Positions 16,461 through 26,095 of a stretch of DNA of 64,000 nucleotides are shown here, one piece after another. The stretch covers positions 64,000 through 127,999 of the forward strand of contig JBJEGD010000022.1 in NCBI GenBank assembly GCA_051874735.1. Reading direction: 5' to 3'. The translations under genes were made by a program, and so were the position numbers. Below the pieces are notes generated by a model, which did not search any database, was not told the origin of the DNA, and saw nothing but the letters and a program-made list of their open reading frames with translations. The stretch's first letter is position 1, and each line of letters begins with the position of its first letter. This stretch comes from Candidatus Bruticola sp. Lineage in GTDB: Bacteria > Vulcanimicrobiota > Xenobia > Xenobiales > Xenobiaceae.

Positions 16461-17417
16461 ATGTTGACATCTGAAGATGAACTTATTAAACAAGCAGCTC
16501 AAGAATTAAACAGAGGAGGTATGGTTGCTTTCCCCACAGAAACTGTATACGGATTGGGTGCAGATGCAGCTAACCCGGAAGCGATACGAAAAGTCTATGC
16601 TCTCAAGGGGAGACCAGCCGATCATCCTTCCATAGTCCACCTAGACGAGCTTGATAAATTACAGCTGTGGGCCAGAGAGATACCGAACGCGGCTCGTAAG
16701 TTGGCTGAACATTTTTGGCCTGGACCTATGACCTTAATACTGCCCAAACGACCCGAAGTTCTAACTCAAGTAACTGGCGGTCAAGACAGCGTAGGTCTGC
16801 GCATACCAGCTCATCCTCTGACTCGCAAATTAATCTCAGTCTTCGGACGCGGCTTAATCGGTCCTTCAGCCAACCGCTTCGGCCATATAAGCCCCACCAG
16901 TGCAGACCATGTGCGCGAAGAATTCGGCAGCCAGCTTCGTTTTATTCTAGATGGTGGTCCATGTTCCGTAGGTGTAGAATCAACTATCATTGATTTCTCT
17001 AAAGAGCAGCCAGTTATAGTGCGTCCAGGTATGCTAAGTGCCTCGGTAATTAGCGATATAGCTGGTATTCCCATTAGCTGCGGTCAAGGCAGCAAAGCTC
17101 CTGGAACTTTAAAAAAGCATTACGCTCCTCATTCTCCAGCGAAATTAGTCACGGCAGAACAACTTATGCAGTTGGCTTCCCAACCGCAAGGATCTACCGT
17201 AATTTTAAGCAGGAATGAATATATTTATCCTGTCAACAACTTAGTACGCAGCCTTCGTTTACCAAACAATCCGGAAGAATGTGCCCAAGCTCTTTACAAT
17301 TTGCTGCGTTATGCGGATAGTCTTCGTCCGCAAACTATTCTCATTGAGCAGCCCCCACAAAATAACGAACGCTGGTTTGCCCTCTTGGATAGACTGCAGC
17401 GGGCCTGTGCCAATTAA
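16461..17417 (+). CDS. tsaC: L-threonylcarbamoyladenylate synthase (Sua5-type TsaC)
   Basis: VAFPTETVYGLGA, KGRPADHP, FWPGPMT, VGLRIPAHP, PSAN, GVESTI, RPG, APG..KHYAP plus a SUA5 C-terminal domain. Confidence 0.93.
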   Translation: MLTSEDELIKQAAQELNRGGMVAFPTETVYGLGADAANPEAIRKVYALKGRPADHPSIVHLDELDKLQLWAREIPNAARKLAEHFWPGPMTLILPKRPEVLTQVTGGQDSVGLRIPAHPLTRKLISVFGRGLIGPSANRFGHISPTSADHVREEFGSQLRFILDGGPCSVGVESTIIDFSKEQPVIVRPGMLSASVISDIAGIPISCGQGSKAPGTLKKHYAPHSPAKLVTAEQLMQLASQPQGSTVILSRNEYIYPVNNLVRSLRLPNNPEECAQALYNLLRYADSLRPQTILIEQPPQNNERWFALLDRLQRACAN

Positions 17418-17460
17418 TTATGCAAGAGGTTAAAGGCTTATAACTGTCGTAAATTCAGCC

Positions 17461-17964
17461 ATGCGTATAGTCACAGCTTTCAAAGCTTTTTTTAAAGCCC
17501 TGTTCGATGGTACTTTTGCTGAAAAGTTGTCCATTTTATTAGGAGAAAAAGCAGAGCAGCCCCAGTCATCAGTTAGCACCCCTTCAATGTATCCTGGTGC
17601 AGTCGGACTGCTAGCTCTGCTGCAGCGTGAAGGGCGGCTCATAGATTTTTTGCAAGAAAACCTAGATAACGTTCCTGAGGCGCAGATAGGCGCAGTCGTC
17701 AAATCTACTGTATATAAAGGATGCCGCAAAGCCCTTAAAGATTATCTGGAGCTAGAGCCAGTGCGCTCAGAAGAAGAAGGCTCCGAGATCACAGTAGATG
17801 AAGGTTTTGATCCCAACAGCATCCGTTTAGTTGGCAAAGTTGAAGGGAACCCTCCATTTAAAGGCATCTTACGCCACCAAGGCTGGCGTCTTGTTAAAGC
17901 AAATCTTCCTCAAAGTACCGATGATAATTCCGATATTATTTGTCCAGCCGAAGTAGAACTTTAA
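17461..17964 (+). CDS. DUF2760-like protein
   Basis: LLALLQREGRLIDFLQE, AQIGA, GCRKAL, EGSEITV..GFDPNSIRLVG.V.G.PPFKG.LRH.GW, PAEVEL; immediately upstream of an Hsp70 gene. Confidence 0.8.
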   Translation: MRIVTAFKAFFKALFDGTFAEKLSILLGEKAEQPQSSVSTPSMYPGAVGLLALLQREGRLIDFLQENLDNVPEAQIGAVVKSTVYKGCRKALKDYLELEPVRSEEEGSEITVDEGFDPNSIRLVGKVEGNPPFKGILRHQGWRLVKANLPQSTDDNSDIICPAEVEL

Positions 17965-18013
17965 TTTGCAGAGGCTATATATTGAAAAAGTATTCCAGGA
18001 GAGAGAACATTTT

Positions 18014-19828
18014 ATGATTATAGGTATAGACTTAGGAACGACTAACTGCGCCGTAGCCTGGTCCGATCCGGATGCTATTTCATCAGAACAGAAAACCCGC
18101 AAAGAGACTCCACCTATACACCATTTTGCTATTTCCCAACTGACTTATCCGGCCACCGTTGAACATCGCAGCACTTTGCCATCTTTTTTGTATTTTCCAG
18201 GCACTCACGAACTCCCCCCAGGTAGTCTAGAACTTCCTTGGGATAAAAACATTAACAGTGTTGTAGGCTACTTAGCTCGTGAGCAAGGAGCTAAAGTTCC
18301 TCATAGAGTTGTTTCTTCGGCAAAATCTTGGCTTTCCGGTGATCAGGCTGATCGCAATGCCCCAATTCTTCCCTGGAATGCCCCAGATGAAGTTGAGCAC
18401 ATTTCCCCTATAGACGCTTCATCTCGATACTTAGAACATTTGCGCTCTGCTTGGGATTTTGAACATCCAGAATGTCCTCTAGCTGAGCAACAAATTGTAC
18501 TTACCGTCCCTGCTTCTTTTGATACTATTGCCAGAGAACTTACTGTTCAGGCAGCTCATAAAGCCGGCCTTACCAAACTTACCTTACTCGAAGAACCGCA
18601 AGCTGCTTTTTATGCCTGGTTGGACAACAGTGAAAAAGATTGGCGTTCGCAAGTTGCTGTGGGGGATAAAATATTAGTCTGTGACATCGGAGGAGGCACC
18701 ACTGACTTTAGCCTTATAAGCGTAACCAATCAAGATGGTAATTTATCCTTAGAACGCTCAGCAGTTGGAGACCATATTTTGTTAGGCGGAGACAATATGG
18801 ATCTCACCCTAGCCGTCTGCTTGCAGCAAAAGCTTAAAGCTGAACGCAAAATTAAGCTCGACAGCTGGCAAATGCAAATACTAACCCATGCTTGCAGAAC
18901 TGCCAAAGAGCAACTCCTACAAGAAGATGGCGAAGAAGAATGGAATGTGACTATTCCCGGACGAGGCAGCAGTCTTATTGCTTCCTCTATAACTGTTCCT
19001 CTGTCCAGACAACTTACTGAACAGCTTATAGTAGATGGCTTTTTTCCGAAATGTTCCATAGAAGATCAAGCTGTCCGCTCTCGTCAAAGCGGTCTGCGCG
19101 AGTTAGGATTGCCCTTTGAGTCAGACCCAGCCGTCACTAAGCATTTAGCTCGTTTCTTAACAGTTAATAAACCTGAAGACAGTACAGTTCCATTCTTTGC
19201 ACCTACAGCTATTTTATTTAACGGAGGAGTATTGAAAGCTCCAATGTTGAGACGCCGCCTAACGGAAACTTTAAATAGTTGGCTCGCCTCTATTGGAGCA
19301 CCGCCTGTAAAAGAACTAGAAGGAGCTGATTACGATCTAGCCGTAGCCCGCGGCGCTGTACGCAGCGGTCTAGCTAGTCATGGAGCGGGCATAAGGATAA
19401 AAGCGGGTACTAACCGCTCGTACTACCTTGGCATTGAAACTTCTATGCCCGCTGTGCCAGGTCTTACTCCACCCATAAAAGCCCTCTGTACGGCTCCATT
19501 CGGCATGGAAGAAGATTCTCGTGAGAAACTGCCGGGCAGAAGCTTTGGCCTAGTAGTTGGCGAGCCAGTCGAATTTCGTTTTCTTGCTTCAACCTGCCGT
19601 CAGCAAGATCAACTCGGCGATCTTATCGACGATTGGGAAGATGATATGGAAGAATTACCTCCCCTGCAGGTGACCTTGCCCGCCGAAATGGGTGAAGTTG
19701 GTAAAATTATCCCCGTTACTTTAGAAACTCATGTCACTGAAGTAGGCACTTTAGAAGTATGGTGTTGTCAAGAAAATGTTCCCAAATGGCGCTTAGAATT
19801 TGAAGTGCGTTCTTCCGGACGCTCCTAA
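18014..19828 (+). CDS. Atypical Hsp70/DnaK-family protein (DUF2760-associated type)
   Basis: IIGIDLGTTN, LPSFLY, SAKSWL, VLTVPASFD, LLEEPQAAFY, DIGGGTTDFS, LGGDNMD, DLAVARGA. ATG at 18014 is preferred over the track's TTG at 17966. Confidence 0.88.
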   Translation: MIIGIDLGTTNCAVAWSDPDAISSEQKTRKETPPIHHFAISQLTYPATVEHRSTLPSFLYFPGTHELPPGSLELPWDKNINSVVGYLAREQGAKVPHRVVSSAKSWLSGDQADRNAPILPWNAPDEVEHISPIDASSRYLEHLRSAWDFEHPECPLAEQQIVLTVPASFDTIARELTVQAAHKAGLTKLTLLEEPQAAFYAWLDNSEKDWRSQVAVGDKILVCDIGGGTTDFSLISVTNQDGNLSLERSAVGDHILLGGDNMDLTLAVCLQQKLKAERKIKLDSWQMQILTHACRTAKEQLLQEDGEEEWNVTIPGRGSSLIASSITVPLSRQLTEQLIVDGFFPKCSIEDQAVRSRQSGLRELGLPFESDPAVTKHLARFLTVNKPEDSTVPFFAPTAILFNGGVLKAPMLRRRLTETLNSWLASIGAPPVKELEGADYDLAVARGAVRSGLASHGAGIRIKAGTNRSYYLGIETSMPAVPGLTPPIKALCTAPFGMEEDSREKLPGRSFGLVVGEPVEFRFLASTCRQQDQLGDLIDDWEDDMEELPPLQVTLPAEMGEVGKIIPVTLETHVTEVGTLEVWCCQENVPKWRLEFEVRSSGRS

Positions 19829-20178
19829 TGTTCAAGGGGCGAGAAGCTAAACATTTATAAAATGTAACTCATTTCAGCAGGGCTTCCCCCCCTTGTTTGG
19901 AAAATATTAAGTTGTGCAGTTTACCTAGCTTATGTTTTTTTGATCGTCTCGGTCAGGTTTCAGCCTGAGTATTCTGCATAAGCGCCCACCAATACAGGAA
20001 CGAGCTGCAGCTTAATTCCAACTATAAAACGTTTTTGGAATAGCCAATAATTGTTTGAGCCCCTTGATTGATGGGTAGGTAACTTATATTTGCCGACGGA
20101 AAATTACCTCATAGTTTTAGGATTTTCTGCCATCAAAGCAGTTCCGCTCCTGATGAACGGATAGAAGGAGACATATTT

Positions 20179-21282
20179 ATGATCCCTATTTTAGAACTTC
20201 GCACTCAGTACTCTCAAATTCAAGATGAATTAGAAGAGGCTGTACTGAAAGTTCTGCGCTCTACGGCCTACGTTCTAGGCCCCGAGGTAAAAGCTTTTGA
20301 AGAGGAGTTCGCCGCTTGGAACGGAGTTAAGCACGGTATCGGCGTAGGAAACGGCACAGATGCTCTACAGTTGGCAGTTAGGGCCCTAGATTTAAAAGCC
20401 GAAGATGAAGTAATCGTACCCTCGTTTACTTTTGTTGCCTCCGCCGGAGCTGTCGCTTTAGCCGGTTCTAAAGTAGTTTTCGCTGATATTGATCCCCATA
20501 CTTTTTCTTTAGATCCCGAAAGTCTTAAAAAGGCTATAACTCCTCATACTAAAGCGGTAATCTGCGTTCACCTTTACGGACATGCAGCCGATATCAGTGC
20601 CATAAAGTCTATCTGCCAGGAACACAGCTTGGCTCTCATCGAGGACTGCGCTCAGGCCACAGGTGCTGAAATCAACGGACAAAAAGTTGGTGGATTCGGC
20701 GATATGAGCTGTTTTTCTTTCTTCCCCAGCAAAAATTTAGGTGGCATTGGCGATGGCGGCATGGTTTTGACAAATAGCGACAGCTACTTTGAAAAGATCA
20801 ACATGTTGCGCGGTCACGGCAGCAAAGTACGCTATTATCATGAAATTTTGGGTACTAACAGCCGTTTAGATGAAATTCAGGCTGCGGCTCTGCGCGTCAA
20901 ACTCAGACACGTAAACGAATGGAATATAAAAAGGCGCTCTGTAGCTCAAAAATATACAGAGGCCCTGCAAGGTATTGACGGTTTAATTACTCCTGTAGAG
21001 CGCGAGGGTTACCGTCACGTTTTCCATCAATATACAATTCGTGCGCCTAAGCGGGACGAGCTCTTTGATTATATGCGTGCTCATGGAGTAGGCCCTGCTA
21101 TTTACTACCCCGTCTGTCTCCACCTGCAAAAAACCTTTGCAGCTAGCGGAATGAAGGAGGGCTCTCTCCCCGTTTGTGAGCAGCTTCAAAAAGAAGTACT
21201 GTCTCTGCCTATGTTCCCTGAACTTACCGATGAACAAATCAACGCCGTGGTATCTTCAATTAAGAGTTTTTTCCGCGTATAG
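20179..21282 (+). CDS. DegT/DnrJ/EryC1/StrS family sugar-nucleotide aminotransferase
   Basis: LGPEVKAFEEEFA, NGTDAL, VHLYG, IEDCAQA, FSFFPSKNLGGIGDGG, NSRLDEIQAA, LSLPMFP; GAAGGAG SD. Confidence 0.93.
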   Translation: MIPILELRTQYSQIQDELEEAVLKVLRSTAYVLGPEVKAFEEEFAAWNGVKHGIGVGNGTDALQLAVRALDLKAEDEVIVPSFTFVASAGAVALAGSKVVFADIDPHTFSLDPESLKKAITPHTKAVICVHLYGHAADISAIKSICQEHSLALIEDCAQATGAEINGQKVGGFGDMSCFSFFPSKNLGGIGDGGMVLTNSDSYFEKINMLRGHGSKVRYYHEILGTNSRLDEIQAAALRVKLRHVNEWNIKRRSVAQKYTEALQGIDGLITPVEREGYRHVFHQYTIRAPKRDELFDYMRAHGVGPAIYYPVCLHLQKTFAASGMKEGSLPVCEQLQKEVLSLPMFPELTDEQINAVVSSIKSFFRV

Positions 21283-21294
21283 GAGATTATCTTT

Positions 21295-23556
21295 TTGAAC
21301 AAAATGTTTCCTTGGTTCCGCAAACGTATTATTGATCCAGTCAGACCTTTTTTTAAATTAGAGGGTCAAGTAGAACTCGCTTATGAAAATGGATCTGAAT
21401 ACAAACTTCAAGACGGATATTTGTATGGTCAATTTTCTAACGTGCACGGAATTGAGGAAGCAAAAAGCTACTACCAGAATGAGCAGCCTGAACAGGCTGC
21501 TCAAGCTCTTCTCAAGTATTTTCGCAATCGTAAATCGCCCAAATTTTTTATCCACACTTCAGAGATAGAGTTACTTAAAGAGCGTTTAGCTAATTTTCCG
21601 AACGTCATAAAAACACTGGATGCTCATGCCTCTCGGGCTATGGAGCACATATTTTACCCTTACGATTCAAGTCAGCCCGTAAATTTAGACAAATATATAA
21701 ACTGGTTCTACAATTTCTCTTACGGCAGCTGGCCTATGCTTCATGTAAAAGAACTTCGGAGAATGCTTGCCCCCGACAAGACTGATAAGCTCAGCGAGTC
21801 TCCCCTCGATGAACGTTTATCTTTCGATCGTACCTGGGATTTAAACAAACATTTCGATTTTTTAACCCTGGCACGTTCTTTTTGTCTTACTAACCGGAAC
21901 AATTTTGCTGCCGAAATAATGGTGCAAGCGATTACCTGGGGACAAAGCAACCCTCTCTGGATCGGAGTAAACTGGCTCAACTTCGATGTCGTAGCCATTC
22001 GTTTAATGAACTGGATGCTGGCTGTAAATATGTGCTTAAGCAGCACGGTTGTAACACCGCAGCTTTTTGCTGAAGTACTAAAATTTATGATTTTGCATGC
22101 AGCAGCCTTGAATTGGCATCTCACTCACGATCAAGTTCTATCGCTCCCTGCCGCTTCTTGTCTGTACATGTTTTCTGCCAATTTTCCTGAACTTAAATTG
22201 GCTAATCAATGGCAAAAATTAGCTCAAGCCAAACTGTCTGCACTTATAGAGCGAGAATTTGATGACTACGGATTCCATCTGAGCAGTTCCATTTACACCC
22301 ATTGCTCTGCCACGGAGTGGCTGCTTCTTCCTATTGTACAGCATATGCACAATAGAACTATCCCCCCTAATTTTCTTGCTGAAGCCTGTGTGCGCGCTCT
22401 TGATGCTTTGCAAGCTATGAATGGTATAGGCAAAGTTGTTCCGCGCATCGGGAATTACAGTACACCAGGATTTTTAGGACGGTTCGTCTCAATTTCTGAA
22501 TATGCAAGGAGTTTGCTCTGTTTGGGAGCCGTGGCTTTAAACTGCGGACAATGGTCTTACGCCATTCAAAATATGCCGAGCGAACTTTTATGGTGGTTGG
22601 GGCCAGATGCTTCCGAACAATTTAAGTCTGTAATCCCTTATGCTCCAACTATAAATCAATTTTACTTTTCAACTGCTGGTATAGGTATTATCAGAGACGG
22701 TTGGGAAGAAAATAGCGCCCAAATTATTGTCAAGGGGTGCCCGCCCAAGAAATACAGCCACGATTTTTATCATCCACCTAATTTGACCACAGTTCCAGAG
22801 ACAGATCATTGTGACTTTTTGTCGTTCATTCTGACTATAGGGAAAGAGTCTTTCTTAATAGACGCTGGCTCTCCCAACTGTTCAATTTCTGACCAAGACT
22901 ACTTCGATAGCTTTACGTCTCATTCGGTTCCAATCATAATAGGCGAAGTAGAGCCTTGCAGAATAGCTCGTCTAGAAGATCTAGAAAAAAAAGAGCTGCC
23001 TCTATGTCCCAATTATATAGAAAATATAAATAAAGGGGAGCGTTTATTCTGCTCACCTCTCTACAAAAGTACACTTGGCCAAGATGTTATTTTTACAGCT
23101 AAGAGACAAGCAAAACTAAACAATGGCACGATGGTAATAATTGAACGCAAACTGCGCGTTAAAGCAGGCGAGCAAAGGATTTTCATCAGAGATATAATCA
23201 GCGGGACCTCACCTAATACTCAAATTACATTAGCTAACAGACTGTTGTTTGCCCCTAAACTGCGCAGTTTTATAAGAAGAGGCAGCATGGGATGTAAGGC
23301 TATAGGCGAAAATTTCAGCGCAATAGTGGTACCTTATTTCCCCGTAGGAGCTCGCGATAAGGAAAAAAGAGCCAATACTTATTCTAAAGGATACTACTAC
23401 GACAATGAACGCAATAAAGTTATCACTACTAAACTGATACGAATACGCTACAGCGGAGAGACAGAACAACCTATTAGTAGCTACTTTGTCATAGACTGGA
23501 CTGGTTATGAACCGCCTAAATTTACTATGGCTGAGCTCGATTTAATGTTTGATTAA
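21295..23556 (+). CDS. Heparinase II/III-like (alginate lyase fold) protein
   Basis: WDLNKH, NP...GVNW....VAIRLMNW, G.H...S..Y.H, F...GI.I.R, H.D.LSF.L.IG...FLIDAG, SHS; starts 12 nt after the DegT gene. Confidence 0.65.
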   Translation: MNKMFPWFRKRIIDPVRPFFKLEGQVELAYENGSEYKLQDGYLYGQFSNVHGIEEAKSYYQNEQPEQAAQALLKYFRNRKSPKFFIHTSEIELLKERLANFPNVIKTLDAHASRAMEHIFYPYDSSQPVNLDKYINWFYNFSYGSWPMLHVKELRRMLAPDKTDKLSESPLDERLSFDRTWDLNKHFDFLTLARSFCLTNRNNFAAEIMVQAITWGQSNPLWIGVNWLNFDVVAIRLMNWMLAVNMCLSSTVVTPQLFAEVLKFMILHAAALNWHLTHDQVLSLPAASCLYMFSANFPELKLANQWQKLAQAKLSALIEREFDDYGFHLSSSIYTHCSATEWLLLPIVQHMHNRTIPPNFLAEACVRALDALQAMNGIGKVVPRIGNYSTPGFLGRFVSISEYARSLLCLGAVALNCGQWSYAIQNMPSELLWWLGPDASEQFKSVIPYAPTINQFYFSTAGIGIIRDGWEENSAQIIVKGCPPKKYSHDFYHPPNLTTVPETDHCDFLSFILTIGKESFLIDAGSPNCSISDQDYFDSFTSHSVPIIIGEVEPCRIARLEDLEKKELPLCPNYIENINKGERLFCSPLYKSTLGQDVIFTAKRQAKLNNGTMVIIERKLRVKAGEQRIFIRDIISGTSPNTQITLANRLLFAPKLRSFIRRGSMGCKAIGENFSAIVVPYFPVGARDKEKRANTYSKGYYYDNERNKVITTKLIRIRYSGETEQPISSYFVIDWTGYEPPKFTMAELDLMFD

Positions 23557-23601
23557 ATTGTATCCAGTCAAAAATTATAATAAAAGTAAATAAAGACAGA
23601 T

Positions 23602-23637
23602 AGGCCCCCGCTCAAGCATAATAGAAAGCGGGGGCCT
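23602..23637. terminator. Hairpin between convergent genes (probable terminator)
   Basis: aggcccccgct / agcgggggcct inverted repeat; a second smaller hairpin lies at about 23653-23677. Confidence 0.6.
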
Positions 23638-23687
23638 CTTATGTTGTCTCAAAGCCGACCCATATAAAATGGGACGGCCGCCTCAAT

Positions 23688-24677
23688 CTACTTCTGAGCA
23701 GCGCAATTAATATAGCCCATTACATTGGCGCTGTTTAAACTATAACTTCTTCTGGCCACTGAATCGGAAGAGTTGCCTTCAATAGTATAAACCTTACCGT
23801 TGGCAACTTTTTCTACGATGCCAATATGATCGGAAGTACCATCACCCTGCCAATCGAAGAGAATAGCATCGCCGGGTTGAGGAGTGTAAGAACCACGTCC
23901 AGCCCAAATATTTTCCTTCTTGGCCCAATTGACAATAGTAGGGCAATAGTTTACGTTAGAGCAGGAAGAAGTATCGAGCACGCCATGATCTTTGAGCATA
24001 TTCATGGCCCAAGCAGCACACCACGGAGTGGTCTGACAATTAATACCACTCTTCTTAGTAATAGCATTGATTGAAGAAGCATTGGACTTTTCAGTCATAC
24101 CGACCATAGCTCCAGCATCGGATAACAATCCGCTGACACCTGTGTTAGCACCATAGTTACCGTTATTGCCTACACTGCTGGTACCCAGGCCGGAGGATCC
24201 TACAACACTGGCGGCCACAGAGCTAAGATCCATACCCTGAAGCATATCCCCATACTGAGATATCATAGACTTGCACAGTACATCAATAGTAGAATCGCTC
24301 ATGCCGGGGAAGTAAGTTTTGAGATACTGAGTAAGCATCTTGGTGGCTTCTTTAGTTGTCTCATTATCTACCTTAGGGTTAGTGTCCATACTTCCAACAA
24401 TTGCCTGCAGGAAATCTTCAAAACTTCCACCAGAGTAAAATGATTTCAGGCAGGCAGCCATCGTTTTGCCTTCACTGCCAGCAGCTTCAAGCCCCTTAAT
24501 CTGAGAATCGATCAAATCTTGGGACAATCCCATCATGCCTTGATTGCCACCAAACACAGAAGTGGCGGATACACCGGTATTAGCCATACTAGAATACATT
24601 GCTTGAGAATTGGCAAGATCTTGACCAATCATGTTGTTCATGCCAGACATGGTAGATGTGTTCAATAGCGCGTTCAT
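23688..24677 (-). CDS. CHAP-domain (Cys/His peptidoglycan hydrolase) protein with low-complexity N-terminus
   Basis: C-terminal TPWCAAWA (catalytic Cys), PQPGDAILFDW, DHIGIVEKV (His), TIEGNSSDSVARRSY. ATG at 24677 follows a GAGG SD. Confidence 0.85.
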   Translation of the reverse strand: MNALLNTSTMSGMNNMIGQDLANSQAMYSSMANTGVSATSVFGGNQGMMGLSQDLIDSQIKGLEAAGSEGKTMAACLKSFYSGGSFEDFLQAIVGSMDTNPKVDNETTKEATKMLTQYLKTYFPGMSDSTIDVLCKSMISQYGDMLQGMDLSSVAASVVGSSGLGTSSVGNNGNYGANTGVSGLLSDAGAMVGMTEKSNASSINAITKKSGINCQTTPWCAAWAMNMLKDHGVLDTSSCSNVNYCPTIVNWAKKENIWAGRGSYTPQPGDAILFDWQGDGTSDHIGIVEKVANGKVYTIEGNSSDSVARRSYSLNSANVMGYINCAAQK

Positions 24678-24847
24678 AAGAAAGACCTCTCTTTTAAAAC
24701 TAGACTTGTCTATATTTTCAATACATTCTACATTAAAGTAAAGGCCTATTGGCAGACAACTAGACAAAAAATAAAAAATGCCTCTTACCCTGACCGTTAC
24801 TAAAGTGTAATGCTCAAAGAAAAGGCACTGTAAAAGAAGCTAATGCA

Positions 24848-26044
24848 CTAACTCATACTGCTCACTTGACGAGTTTGCTCTACTCCTTCAACCATATTCT
24901 CTAATGCGGCATCCAACTCTTCATCGGTAACTTCTCCGCCATTTTGCATATGTTCGCATACATAATAGGCATTTTCAAGTTTAGTCAAACCTTCTTCAAT
25001 CGCTTCACGTGATAGAATTAAAGCTTCCCCCATAGGAGCAGAAGTATTAAAGGCACTCTCTGGTAGAGAAGTATATTTGGACTTCAAATCTTCAACAAAA
25101 GCAGCATATTCGCTCAACCCCTCAGAAAAAGCCCCCCAGCAATCGTTGCCATCTCTTAGGCCGCTTATGCAGTCCAATATAGTTTGCACACAGCTAGGCA
25201 AGTTGGTGCAACCACAGCATTCACTGTCATTTTCTTCCATAACAAGACGGTCTGGTAAGCGCAAACCGCAATTAGGACAACGCTTATCCCATTCTCCCAA
25301 TTTAACTCCGCACTTAGGACAACTCCAGTTCAAAGAGCATTCCTTAGCCTGCTTTTTAGCTTTAATTTCTTTATATTTGGTAATCATTACCTCGCTGGCC
25401 GTTTTAAACGAATCTAAAGCTGCCGAAAGTTCCTCTTGCTTTCGCTGTTCACAAACTTTGAATAACCAATCCAAAGCTTCACAATAATCCTCTATGTGAT
25501 CCGGAAGCGAATTACAAGCTACTAAACGCTCAAAAGCCGAACGAAGCGAGTCTAGGCAAGTTTCTAACATATCCCAATCGCGTCGGCCCTCAAGTACCGC
25601 TATCCCAGCTTTCAACACACTATCAATGCCCATAAACTCAGACATTTTAGTTTTAGCTTTCTTCAACTCTTCTAATTTGGCCAAGCTCTTTTCAGTTTCA
25701 TGCAACTGACTTACTAACGCATTGACGTCACGTACAGCCCCTTCGGCATCTTCACCTTTTAAATCGCAAATGAGAGATGACAAAACGCCGGCCACACCTT
25801 CAAAGTCGGTATACACCTGAGCGATATGAGGCAATTCCTCTTCATTATAATCGTAACCGCGCACACTGTACTTAAAGGCCAATATAAAAGCAGACATCAC
25901 CACATCACATTGATGCAGTTCATCACGTAACTGCATCAATGGTTCTTTATTAGCGATACAATGTTCTAAACCGCTTACAAAAGCGCGCAAATGGGGGATT
26001 AATTTAGGAAAAGAATCATCCAGCTTAGGCAATGTATCCAGCAT
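24848..26044 (-). CDS. Helical hypothetical protein with central zinc ribbon (paralogue B)
   Basis: CPKCG-x8-RCPNCG; acidic helical flanks; GGAGG SD; similar to 26096-27310. Confidence 0.8.
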   Translation of the reverse strand: MLDTLPKLDDSFPKLIPHLRAFVSGLEHCIANKEPLMQLRDELHQCDVVMSAFILAFKYSVRGYDYNEEELPHIAQVYTDFEGVAGVLSSLICDLKGEDAEGAVRDVNALVSQLHETEKSLAKLEELKKAKTKMSEFMGIDSVLKAGIAVLEGRRDWDMLETCLDSLRSAFERLVACNSLPDHIEDYCEALDWLFKVCEQRKQEELSAALDSFKTASEVMITKYKEIKAKKQAKECSLNWSCPKCGVKLGEWDKRCPNCGLRLPDRLVMEENDSECCGCTNLPSCVQTILDCISGLRDGNDCWGAFSEGLSEYAAFVEDLKSKYTSLPESAFNTSAPMGEALILSREAIEEGLTKLENAYYVCEHMQNGGEVTDEELDAALENMVEGVEQTRQVSSMS

Positions 26045-26095
26045 GGGACCTCCGAAAAATTGTCTTGTCGTACAGATAAAAAACAGAAAAGATAA

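Noticed and set aside
20145-20170. Hammerhead-like CTGATGA
   Set aside because: No stem II or GAAA core follows; it overlaps the SD of the DegT gene.
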